A stretch of 57,902 bases of DNA from Bacillota bacterium (GCA_024655925.1 JANLFS010000004.1:5201-63102), one strand, 5' to 3'. Positions 1-6,960 are shown, numbered from the stretch's first letter. A program made the numbers and translations. The notes: generated by a model from the sequence alone, not told the origin.

Positions 1-253
1 CGCCGTAGCCTGCCTCCTCGACCGCCTTGCGAATCTCCGACGGCCTTATGAGGGCGGGGTCGTAGTCAACTCTGGCAGTCTCGGCTGCGAGGTTGACGGC
101 AGCGTCCTTGATCCCCGATTTGCGCCTCAGGGCCCCCTCTATGCGCGCCGCGCACGCAGCGCACGTCATCCCAGTGATAGAGAGGTCTAGACGCCTCGAT
201 TCAGCCTGGTCTTCGACGCGATTCTCCGAATCGTTCTCACCGATTTGGCTCAA
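1..253 (-). CDS. Heavy-metal-associated (HMA) domain: N-terminus of a CopA-like copper P-type ATPase or a CopZ-like chaperone. Only the 5' part is present; the gene runs off the window edge.
   Basis: Not in the ORF track because it is open at the window edge. Minus-strand translation from TTG at 253 (GGAAGGCGGAG Shine-Dalgarno about 8 nt upstream) gives MSQIGENDSENRVEDQAESRRLDLSITGMTCAACAARIEGALRRKSGIKDAAVNLAAETARVDYDPALIRPSEIRKAVEEAGYG. This carries the GMTCxxC metal-binding loop and an HMA fold pattern. A CsoR-type operator lies about 40 nt upstream. Confidence 0.7.
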   Translation of the reverse strand, partial: MSQIGENDSENRVEDQAESRRLDLSITGMTCAACAARIEGALRRKSGIKDAAVNLAAETARVDYDPALIRPSEIRKAVEEAGYG

Positions 254-294
254 GTGTACATCTCCGCCTTCCTCGGCCCATGTACTCAGAAGAG

Positions 295-312
295 ATATAC
301 CCCCCAGGGGTA
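295..312 (-). promoter_or_regulatory. CsoR-type operator (copper-responsive repressor box) upstream of the HMA/copA-like gene
   Basis: The minus strand reads TACCCCTGGGGGGTATAT, with TACCCC/GGGGTA inverted arms. This matches the TACCC-N-GGGTA pseudo-palindrome I recall for Firmicute CsoR operators at copZA/copA promoters. A csoR gene with the Cu-type C-H-C fingerprint is at 54772..55035. Confidence 0.6.
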
Positions 313-358
313 GATCATGCGTTTGCCATACATCTTCGAGTAGTCTTTTTGACGTTCT

Positions 359-379
359 CTCCACGACTAACGCCGGGAG
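359..379 (-). repeat. Right-end subterminal hairpin of the IS200/IS605 element
   Basis: The minus strand reads CTCCcggcgttagtcgtGGAG. It is 17/21 identical to the left-end copy at 2015..2035, in the same orientation, and lies 33 nt downstream of the tnpB stop. Confidence 0.6.
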
Positions 380-411
380 ATTCTTTCTCAACGCTCCAGG
401 CTCTTCGCCCT

Positions 412-1505
412 TCATTGCGCTGAGCTACACCGCATGTGAGGGGCATACCTCACACCGTCGGGGGACGCCATCGCCCCAGCTACTGGGCCGAAGCCCAGAT
501 ACTTTTGCCGAATGTTGAATGCGCCGACTCCGTCACGGTGATAGCTAAAACCGCAGGCACAGCAGTACTGCCTGTCGGCGGGCTTGTGCCTCTTGCCGCA
601 TGCAGGGCAGGTTTGCGAGGTGTACGACTCATCCTGCAGCCGCATACTCAACCCCAACCGCGCAGCCTTATGCGTGATCATGTGCCGCGCCATACCGTGA
701 CACATTTGGTGGATCCTTTGGTTTGCCGCATGCCCACAGTCTAGCCCTTCCCGTATGTCCCTGACGTCGCCAATTACCACCGTCTGCACTCCGTTTGCCC
801 AAAGAGTGGAGACAAGCCTGGTGGTCTGCTTATGCAGGACATCTCTAACCTGGTTTTCGATTGCACGGAGTTGCTTTCTCTTTGACGCGACGAGCCTACA
901 CCACCTGCGCGATCCCCTCACCTTGGCATCAATCTTGGACGTTAGTCTAGCTTTAAGTCTGTTCTGATACCTCCATTTCGAGTGAAGCTCCCTGCCATTT
1001 GCAATGACGCACTTTGCCCCGTCGTGGGCGACGGCTATGTGCACCTCACCTAGATCAACGCCGGCTGTAAGACCTTCCCCAATACCGGCAACCGGGTCAA
1101 TCTTGTATGTAGCCCGCAGTTCTATTCGCGCCCATCCCAACCGACCTCAACGAGCGCAGGAGTATCCCAGCGCCAGGGGATACGAAGCGGCTCGTTCCCA
1201 CGCCCGTTAGACAACAGCAAATACTCACCCCTCACCCTTATGGCGCTCGACTTCCACTGGATCTTGTAGTACCGTCTCCGACACCTTGGAGGCTTGGCCT
1301 TGGGGTTGGTTCCCCGCCTGCTGCGCCAAGAATCCAAAGCTCCATAGAACGACTGCACCACTGCGTCGGCGGTGTGCGCGTGAAGACCGTCGGAGTTATG
1401 CCAACGCATCATCGACGATGGCTCAAGCCAGATGCTTCTCTTCCGGACAGTCCGCCAAAAACTCGCCAAGGCGCGGGAGCAAAGCTGACCGGCCGCCATG
1501 GCCAA
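412..1505 (-). pseudogene. tnpB: tnpB (RNA-guided endonuclease, IS605 OrfB family) interrupted by a single frameshift
   Basis: Two overlapping ORFs in different frames (1122..1505 N-terminal part, 412..1140 C-terminal part) together give a TnpB of about 365 aa. It has a PPRCRRRYYKIQW segment, RuvC-like VDLGEV / VVIGDV / HRDGVGAFNI motifs and a zinc finger CPACG-x10-CCACG. The frame switch lies within 1125..1140, next to a GGG run (EVGWDGRE* in one frame, GWARIEL in the other). Confidence 0.85.
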
Positions 1506-1560
1506 CTAGTCTAGCTGAGGCGAAGTGCCCAACTTCAGCTTCCTGACCGTGTACAGTGGC

Positions 1561-1959
1561 TTACACGTGTTTTTGGTTCTCAATGTATTGCTTGACCATG
1601 GCAAGTGGAGCGCCCCCGACCGTCGCCACGAAATACGAGTGTGTCCAAAGAGTCGGTAGACGGCTCCGGAGCCAAGGAGACTCCTCACGCAAGAGTCTCG
1701 AAGATCGGCTTTTCATACGTTTTGCCAGCCTATGAATCCTGAACTGCGGATCGACCTCGAGGAACAAATGCACATGGGCAGGCATAACCTCCAGCTCAAG
1801 TATCTCGGCTCCGTGTTCTGCGGCCACTTCACGCAGTACGCATACCAACCTGACATCCACCCCATTCACTAAGACGGACCGTCGATACTTGGGACACCAG
1901 ACCACATGGTACTTGCATGAATAGACAACACTTCTGTTGCTTCTGTACTGGTTAGCCAT
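1561..1959 (-). CDS. tnpA: IS200/IS605 family Y1 (HUH) transposase TnpA
   Basis: Motifs YSCKYHVVWCPKYRR, HUH motif AHVHLFLEV and catalytic-Tyr region SYFVATVGGAP. The ORF track starts at TTG 1998; I prefer ATG 1959 (MANQYRSNR...), which gives a typical TnpA of about 132 aa. Confidence 0.9.
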   Translation of the reverse strand: MANQYRSNRSVVYSCKYHVVWCPKYRRSVLVNGVDVRLVCVLREVAAEHGAEILELEVMPAHVHLFLEVDPQFRIHRLAKRMKSRSSRLLREESPWLRSRLPTLWTHSYFVATVGGAPLAMVKQYIENQKHV

Positions 1960-1965
1960 GCCATT

Positions 1966-1994
1966 ATTATATACCTTGTCCTCATATAGTACAA
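1966..1994 (-). promoter_or_regulatory. Candidate sigma-A promoter of tnpA; the transcript would be leaderless or nearly so
   Basis: The minus strand reads TTGTAC (1994..1989), a 17-nt spacer, TATAAT (1971..1966), then aatggc and ATG. The -10 ends 6 nt before the ATG at 1959. Confidence 0.4.
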
Positions 1995-2014
1995 CCAATG
2001 CGCGCCTGCCTTAT

Positions 2015-2035
2015 CTCCACAGCTAAAGCGGGGAG
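2015..2035 (-). repeat. Left-end subterminal hairpin of the IS200/IS605 element
   Basis: The minus strand reads CTCCccgctttagctgtGGAG. It is 17/21 identical to the copy at 359..379 and lies upstream of tnpA. Confidence 0.6.
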
Positions 2036-2249
2036 CTTGCGGCGGCTGCCTTTCGGTCAATTGCGGGCGGCGCACAATGGGCGCGGCGCATCACGGCGTC
2101 GGTGAGGGTGGGAGCGATTTGCACGTAGTGGGGAAAGCCCGCACCAGCACTAGGCGCACATAGATGTGCCTTCTGCACGCGAACTCACTGAGGACGTTCG
2201 CAATATACTGCCATTGGATGTTCGACAACCGCAAATGAGGTGATCGAGG

Positions 2250-2909
2250 GTGATACCATCCCGAGAGTTCTTGGAAATGACACAGATGGCCCAGGCGGAC
2301 GAACTGCAGGCGGTCGACTTCTACACCCGTATGGCGCAGATTGCGCCCACGGAACCCATCCGTAGGGCGATTCTACAGATCAGTCGGGACGAGTTAAGAC
2401 ACGCTTTCTTCTTCGAGTCTATACTCTCTCTGTACCAGGCGCCATTCACCCCGGGCGTGCCGTCCCCAATGCCTGAGCCGATGCCCTATCCAATGCCCGG
2501 GCCAATGCCCGGGCCGATGCCGGCGCCCACTCCGACGTGGCCTCCGTACCCAACACCACCGTCGATGCCGCCTTGCTGGCCTCCAGTCTTCCCGCAGCCG
2601 CCGTGCGACACAATGCCAGGTCCTACGCCTTGGCCTTCGCCTGGGCTAGGGCCAATGCCGACGCCAACGCCTGGGCCAGTGCCGCCATACTACACACCGC
2701 CACAGCCAAGTGTGCCTCCGATGCCGGAGCCTCCTACGTTCCCAGGACCTTCTCCGGGGCCGATGCCCCCTATGCCGGAATTCCCGGAACCTCCGCCGCC
2801 GCAGCCTCCGCACCATAAGCCAGCCCCCCCCAAGAAGCCGTGTTTCGGGTGCGGACCGGCGAAGTCCACAGCGGATAAGGAGAACAACAAGGGCACGGAC
2901 AAAGAGTAA
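2250..2909 (+). CDS. Ferritin-like (rubrerythrin-type helix pair) N-terminal domain fused to a long Pro-rich low-complexity region; possible spore-coat-type protein
   Basis: GTG start with a GAGGTGA Shine-Dalgarno. The N-terminus reads ELQAVDFYTRMAQIAP...ISRDELRHAFFFESIL (E...DE..H ferritin-like pattern). This is followed by PMPEPMPYPMPGPMPGPMPAPTPTWPPYPTPP... and a Lys-rich tail. Confidence 0.6.
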   Translation: MIPSREFLEMTQMAQADELQAVDFYTRMAQIAPTEPIRRAILQISRDELRHAFFFESILSLYQAPFTPGVPSPMPEPMPYPMPGPMPGPMPAPTPTWPPYPTPPSMPPCWPPVFPQPPCDTMPGPTPWPSPGLGPMPTPTPGPVPPYYTPPQPSVPPMPEPPTFPGPSPGPMPPMPEFPEPPPPQPPHHKPAPPKKPCFGCGPAKSTADKENNKGTDKE

Positions 2910-3000
2910 GACTCACGTGGGAACGGACAGGGCCCGTGCAAGAACGAACCGTGGCCGCGAGGAGGACGCCAGGCGGCCACGGTTCGCCCGTGTTGCACTG

Positions 3001-3552
3001 CTACTGAGACAGATCGAGGATCTTGATGTGACCGGATACTGCCCGACTTCCGATGTAGCTCCCAATTGCGGCGCCAGCCACCACATCGCTGGGCCAGTGC
3101 ACCCCGAGGGCTATCCTGCTCGCTCCCACCAGGCCTGCAAGCGTATAGAACAGGCCCGCTCCTTCCGGGTAGCGGTCCGCCAGGACAGTAGCCATCGCGA
3201 AGGCGTTCGCAGTGTGCCCGGACGGCATGGAGTGGTACTCACCGGAAAGCTTCGGCCCGGTGAACCGCCCATTCTCGCCTGGGACGTAAGGTCTTGCTCT
3301 CCCCAGAGTTACCTTGAGGGCCTCAACGGCAAGAGCGGTAGTGACCGTGGCGCTTACGAACGTCAGGCCTGTGGGTGGGTCAGTCACCAGCAGGCCCGCG
3401 CCGAGGGCGACCGTCACTCCCGCCCCCCCAAGCTCGGTGATGATCCGAGCAGGGTCCACTGGTCCCTGAGCGGAGCATGTGAATGTAGCAGACCCGGTTA
3501 TGGCCACCCCAATAGTGAAAGCCGCCAGGGCCAGCGCAATCGCTCTGCGCAC
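3001..3552 (-). CDS. PAP2-family phosphatase (membrane/secreted)
   Basis: All three PAP2 motifs are present: KVTLGRARP, PSGH and SRIALGVHWPSD. There is an N-terminal signal/anchor MRRAIALALAAFTIGVAI. Confidence 0.85.
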   Translation of the reverse strand: MRRAIALALAAFTIGVAITGSATFTCSAQGPVDPARIITELGGAGVTVALGAGLLVTDPPTGLTFVSATVTTALAVEALKVTLGRARPYVPGENGRFTGPKLSGEYHSMPSGHTANAFAMATVLADRYPEGAGLFYTLAGLVGASRIALGVHWPSDVVAGAAIGSYIGSRAVSGHIKILDLSQ

Positions 3553-4353
3553 TTACTCCACCTCCCCGGAAGGGCAAACGCCCCCGTCTGCCGTATTTCC
3601 CGAGAGCCTGAGCGAAACCTCGCCCGCCGATACGTCCACAAACGTCCCGTTTGCCATCTTCACCCGTAGTTCGCCTCGTCTGTTTATGGAGATGGCACGC
3701 CCTTGCACCGGCACTGCGCCACCAGGCTGCGTCACGCGGACCGACCGGCCGAGGACACACGACATGGACGCTGCCTCCCGAGTAACCGTGGTGCCGCCGT
3801 CGGCGCGTATTGACCTGCACAGTTCGGCCAGATTCTGAAGGACGCAAGAGAGGACCGCATTTCTTTCCACAGGTTTGGTCGCATGGGCAGAGACGTAGGT
3901 TGCCACTTCCTCAAGCTCATCAGGGAACCCTCCGTCTGGAGGAAAGAGGTTCACGCCCATCCCGACAATTGCCCAGAGGAAGCGGCCGCCTTCGATTGCG
4001 GCTTCGGGAAGGATCCCGGCAACTTTCTTGCCAGCTATGAGCACGTCATTAGGCCATTTGACTGCGGTGACCACCCCGGCCGTGTCCAGAAGCGCGCGGG
4101 CGACCGCGACGGACGCAGCGATTCCCAGAAGTCCAGCCTGTTGGGCCGGGAAGTCGGGCTTAAGGATTGCCGAGAACCAGAGCCCGAAGTCGCTGTGGGA
4201 GAACCAAACCCTGCCGAGCCTGCCCCTGCCCGCGGTCTGCCTGCGTGCGACAATGACTGCACCGTCGGGGGCCCCGGATCTGGCCATGTCGCGTGCAACA
4301 GTGTTTGTTGAGTCAACCTCGTCGAAATACCTGATGTCAAGCTTCTCCAGCAT
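3553..4353 (-). CDS. birA: Biotin--[acetyl-CoA-carboxylase] ligase (no N-terminal HTH domain, group I type)
   Basis: GRGRLGRVW biotin-binding loop; KWPNDVL; 266 aa. The stop abuts the PAP2 start, and the start overlaps the folB 3' end by 17 nt. Confidence 0.9.
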   Translation of the reverse strand: MLEKLDIRYFDEVDSTNTVARDMARSGAPDGAVIVARRQTAGRGRLGRVWFSHSDFGLWFSAILKPDFPAQQAGLLGIAASVAVARALLDTAGVVTAVKWPNDVLIAGKKVAGILPEAAIEGGRFLWAIVGMGVNLFPPDGGFPDELEEVATYVSAHATKPVERNAVLSCVLQNLAELCRSIRADGGTTVTREAASMSCVLGRSVRVTQPGGAVPVQGRAISINRRGELRVKMANGTFVDVSAGEVSLRLSGNTADGGVCPSGEVE

Positions 4354-4753
4354 GCTCGATTTCTTGCCCCGGCTGGGTCCCGGAGGCGCCTCTTCTGGTC
4401 ACCTCGACTTCAACGTAGTCCATGGGTCCGCCGATAGGGGCGTGGGGTTTGCGAACTCTCACCGTGACCTCCTTTACAGGATAAGCGGAGGCAATTTCGT
4501 CCGCCACCGTACGGGCCGCCGTCTCGATGAGGTTGAACTCGCGTTCCTCCACAATCTCGCGCACGAGGGTGTAGACATCCACATAGTTGATGGCCAAATC
4601 GAGGTCGTCAGTGTTCGAACAGGCCTGAAAATCCCCGCGCATGTCGACATCCACCTCGAACCTCTGCCCGAGTTCCTTCTCGGCGGCAAACGCCCCGTGG
4701 TACGCGTAGAAGATCAGGTTCTTGAGTGTGAGTCTGTCAGACGGCATTGTCAT
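4337..4753 (-). CDS. folB: Dihydroneopterin aldolase
   Basis: LKNLIFYAYHGAFAAEKELGQRFEVDVDM and NYVDVY are typical FolB motifs. The gene overlaps folP by 17 nt. Confidence 0.85.
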   Translation of the reverse strand: MTMPSDRLTLKNLIFYAYHGAFAAEKELGQRFEVDVDMRGDFQACSNTDDLDLAINYVDVYTLVREIVEEREFNLIETAARTVADEIASAYPVKEVTVRVRKPHAPIGGPMDYVEVEVTRRGASGTQPGQEIEHAGEA

Positions 4754-5969
4754 CCCCCTTTTCCTGCCATCCCCTGACGATCGCGTCCGTCATCCGCGCC
4801 ACCCTCGCCATCTCCCGGACATCGTGCACCCGAACGATGTCCGCGCCGGAAGCAATGGCGCAGGCCACTGTGGCCGCTGTCCCGAAGAGCCTTTCTGAGA
4901 CTGGAAGACCCAGTACCTTCCCAATGGTGGACTTGCGGGACGTCCCCACCAGGATGGGACGGCCCAGGCTCCGAAACTCGGCAAGACGCGCGAGGATCTC
5001 AAGGTTGTGTTCGGGCGTCTTACCAAAGCCTATTCCCGGATCAATGATGATGTTACATGGCGGAATGCCTTGCTCTTGGGCGTACTTGATCCTCTGATCC
5101 AGGAATTCGTGGATCTCGTGGACGACCGAGTCATAATGGGGGTTGATCTGCATGTCCCTTGGCCGGCCTTTCATGTGCATCAGGACGACCGGGACACCGT
5201 ACCGAGAGATGACTGATGCCATGTCGCCTTCGCCAGCGAGTGCCGTGATGTCATTGATCATGTGCGCGCCGAGGTCGAGGCATCTTCTTGCAACCTCTGC
5301 CTTGTAGGTGTCAACGGAAACCACTGCGTGGGTCTCAGAGGTGAGCGCCTCGACGGCCGGGGCCACACGCGCAAACTCCTCTTCAGAAGACACGGACTCC
5401 GCACCAGGGCGTGAGGACTCACCGCCGACGTCGATTATGTCGGCACCGTTCTCGAGCATGGATAGGGCGTGGCGGACAGCAACTGCAGGGTCCTGGTAGC
5501 GGCCGCCGTCTGAGAATGAGTCAGGGGTCACATTGAGGACGCCCATGATGTATGTTCGCTGCCCGAAGGTGAACGTCCTTCCCCCCACGGTGACCGAGGG
5601 GAGAGGAGAGTCCAGCTTTTCAAGGACGGACTCGATCTCGGATGCAATCGCAGGGAGGCCGAACGGCTGCCGTTTGAGAGTTGCTATTACCTCACGAAAC
5701 TGCCGCTCGGTCCCAATCATTAGGATGTCACACGACTCAACAGCAAGGTCCGCCGCTCTGAGGGGCAGAGCGGCCTCGCCGCCTTTGGAGAGCATCTCCT
5801 GCTTGATGATGAGCGCAGCTCTGATAGGCACCTCGTAGAGGCGGACAACTCGGAAGATGCCTTTGTCCAGCATGATGCGGATTCCCTCGCGTCCGGCGCC
5901 GATCGAGCGCATCTCGGCCTCTAGTGCCTCTCGCGAGTTCAGTGCGAGCACCCGCGCGGAGACGCCCAC
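4737..5969 (-). CDS. folP: Dihydropteroate synthase with an N-terminal extension of about 130 aa
   Basis: GVLNVTPDSFSDGG, DVGGESSRPG and DPGIGFGK pterin-binding motifs. GTG start. The extra N-terminal domain reads MGVSARVLALNSREALEAEMRSIG... Confidence 0.9.
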   Translation of the reverse strand: MGVSARVLALNSREALEAEMRSIGAGREGIRIMLDKGIFRVVRLYEVPIRAALIIKQEMLSKGGEAALPLRAADLAVESCDILMIGTERQFREVIATLKRQPFGLPAIASEIESVLEKLDSPLPSVTVGGRTFTFGQRTYIMGVLNVTPDSFSDGGRYQDPAVAVRHALSMLENGADIIDVGGESSRPGAESVSSEEEFARVAPAVEALTSETHAVVSVDTYKAEVARRCLDLGAHMINDITALAGEGDMASVISRYGVPVVLMHMKGRPRDMQINPHYDSVVHEIHEFLDQRIKYAQEQGIPPCNIIIDPGIGFGKTPEHNLEILARLAEFRSLGRPILVGTSRKSTIGKVLGLPVSERLFGTAATVACAIASGADIVRVHDVREMARVARMTDAIVRGWQEKGDDNAV

Positions 5970-5973
5970 CAGA

Positions 5974-6189
5974 CTACGCGGCGTCGGGAGCCCCCGCCTT
6001 CAGGCGTGAGGAGGAGACGCCGCTTCCCCCTTTCTGGGTATACTCGTATCCATCGGCTTTTTGAAGCAGCCGCAGGTACTTTGGATGCACGTCGAAGCCG
6101 TTCAACTTGAAGCTCGGCCTATGCCGGACGGCTATCCGACCGGTACGGCTGTCTAATGCCGGGCGACAGGGCCTGGAACTGGCACGCAT
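5974..6189 (-). pseudogene. 71-codon ORF, possible internally deleted relic of an IscB / RRXRR-HNH endonuclease gene
   Basis: The N-terminus RPCRPALDSRTGRIAVRHRPSFKL resembles (from memory) the PLMP-type N-terminal segment of IscB. The C-terminus YLRLLQKADGYEY...RLKAGAP resembles their C-terminal tail. No RuvC/HNH part is present. Weak call. Confidence 0.3.
5990..6011. repeat. Hairpin repeat copy A (gcccccGCCttcaGGCgtgagg)
   Basis: 18/22 identical to copy B. The stem is preserved by a C..G -> G..C swap. Confidence 0.6.
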
Positions 6190-6277
6190 CCCAGGGTGTC
6201 ATGACCTGAATAACGCAGCCCGATGGCCTTTCGGCCGATGAGCTGAGGCTGGTCAGCTCCAGGCTTGCTTACCGCAA

Positions 6278-6299
6278 GCCTCCGGCTTCAGCCGTGGGG
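6278..6299. repeat. Hairpin repeat copy B (gcctccGGCttcaGCCgtgggg)
   Basis: Same orientation as copy A. It is embedded in a run of further stem-loops (6225..6236, 6240..6259, 6262..6280). Confidence 0.6.
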
Positions 6300-6351
6300 T
6301 AGCTGACTCCTCATGCTATACCCAGGGCGGGACTCCAGACCCAGCCCGGGT

Positions 6352-6921
6352 CTATCTGCCAGCTCTTCGGCCATCAGTGTGCGCCCAGCCCGCCGCGCGG
6401 GCAATGGCAAATGAGATGCCTGAGTCCACCACATGGTGGAGGAAAGTGCCCACCACGACTACTGCAAGGATCGTCCCAGCAGCCAAGGACTCTCCAGCAA
6501 CGCCCGCTCCCCTCATCTGGTTGAGAGGAATACCGAGCACTACGGCGACAACAACCACCGCAACCGCCTCAGCCAGCGCATGAACGGGCGCTGTGAGGGT
6601 GAGTGCGAACGAGAAACTCCGGCCGCGGGCGACGACCGCTCCCCCGATCCACCCCCAGACTGCATGCATCAGCGCTCTCGCGCCGATCATCAACCCGAGT
6701 GGGTTGAGGCCATAGGTCATCAGGAACCCCAGCCCTGAGCCGACCCCTACGAGCGCGGCCACGGATGGACTGACAAGCATGGCGAGCATGACAGGCACGT
6801 GGGAAGCGAGGGTCGCTGAAAAAGGCGGGATGAGGATTCTGAGATAAGTCCCGAAAGCCAGAGGAATGAGTAGGGCGAAAGCTGTAAGGACAGCTCCGAG
6901 CACGATCTCCCGGGTTTTCAT
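6352..6921 (-). CDS. ECF-transporter S component (substrate-capture subunit), NiaX-like / putative niacin specificity
   Basis: 189 aa with about 6 TM segments; MKTREIVLGAVLTAFALLIPLAF...PFSATLASHVPVMLAM. No adjacent ecfA/ecfT genes. A NiaR-type palindrome sits on its promoter. The folate-gene neighbours make FolT an alternative assignment. Confidence 0.6.
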   Translation of the reverse strand: MKTREIVLGAVLTAFALLIPLAFGTYLRILIPPFSATLASHVPVMLAMLVSPSVAALVGVGSGLGFLMTYGLNPLGLMIGARALMHAVWGWIGGAVVARGRSFSFALTLTAPVHALAEAVAVVVVAVVLGIPLNQMRGAGVAGESLAAGTILAVVVVGTFLHHVVDSGISFAIARAAGWAHTDGRRAGR

Positions 6922-6960
6922 GGGAAAGCCTCCGTTTCTTGAAAGGCGTCCTGCAGTCTC

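Larger units (their letters stand above)
335..2075 (-). mobile_element. IS200/IS605-family insertion sequence (tnpA + tnpB); outer boundaries approximate (+/-30 nt)
   Basis: A Y1 HUH transposase gene and a tnpB gene sit in tandem on the minus strand. They are flanked by two near-identical imperfect hairpins in the same orientation (359..379 and 2015..2035). The exact cleavage sites are inferred, not seen. Confidence 0.8.
5975..6345 (-). mobile_element. Candidate decayed, non-autonomous IS200/IS605-superfamily (IscB-type or PATE-like) element
   Basis: A pair of 22-nt hairpin repeats with a compensatory stem change (5990..6011 and 6278..6299) bracket a cluster of tight stem-loops and the 71-codon ORF. 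The element fills the folP / S-component intergenic gap. Confidence 0.35.

Noticed and set aside
295-312. TACCCC/GGGGTA hairpin, first taken for the right-end hairpin of the IS element
   Set aside because: The element's own hairpins are the CTCC...GGAG pair at 359..379 and 2015..2035. This GC palindrome instead fits a CsoR operator in front of the copper gene.
2457-2835. Reiterated sequence in the Pro-rich coding region as a DNA tandem repeat or CRISPR-like array
   Set aside because: The repetition is at the amino-acid/codon-composition level (CCG/CCA/ATG units). It has no regular spacer-repeat periodicity, and the frame stays open throughout.
6196-6205. Second occurrence of GTGTCATGAC (GTGTCATGACCT) as a second NiaR operator in front of the 71-codon ORF/folP
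   Set aside because: Only one half-site plus centre is conserved, the palindrome is broken (..GACCT), and it lies inside the structured repeat relic with no recognisable promoter. A 10-mer repeat in 58 kb could be chance. It is kept only as a caveat.
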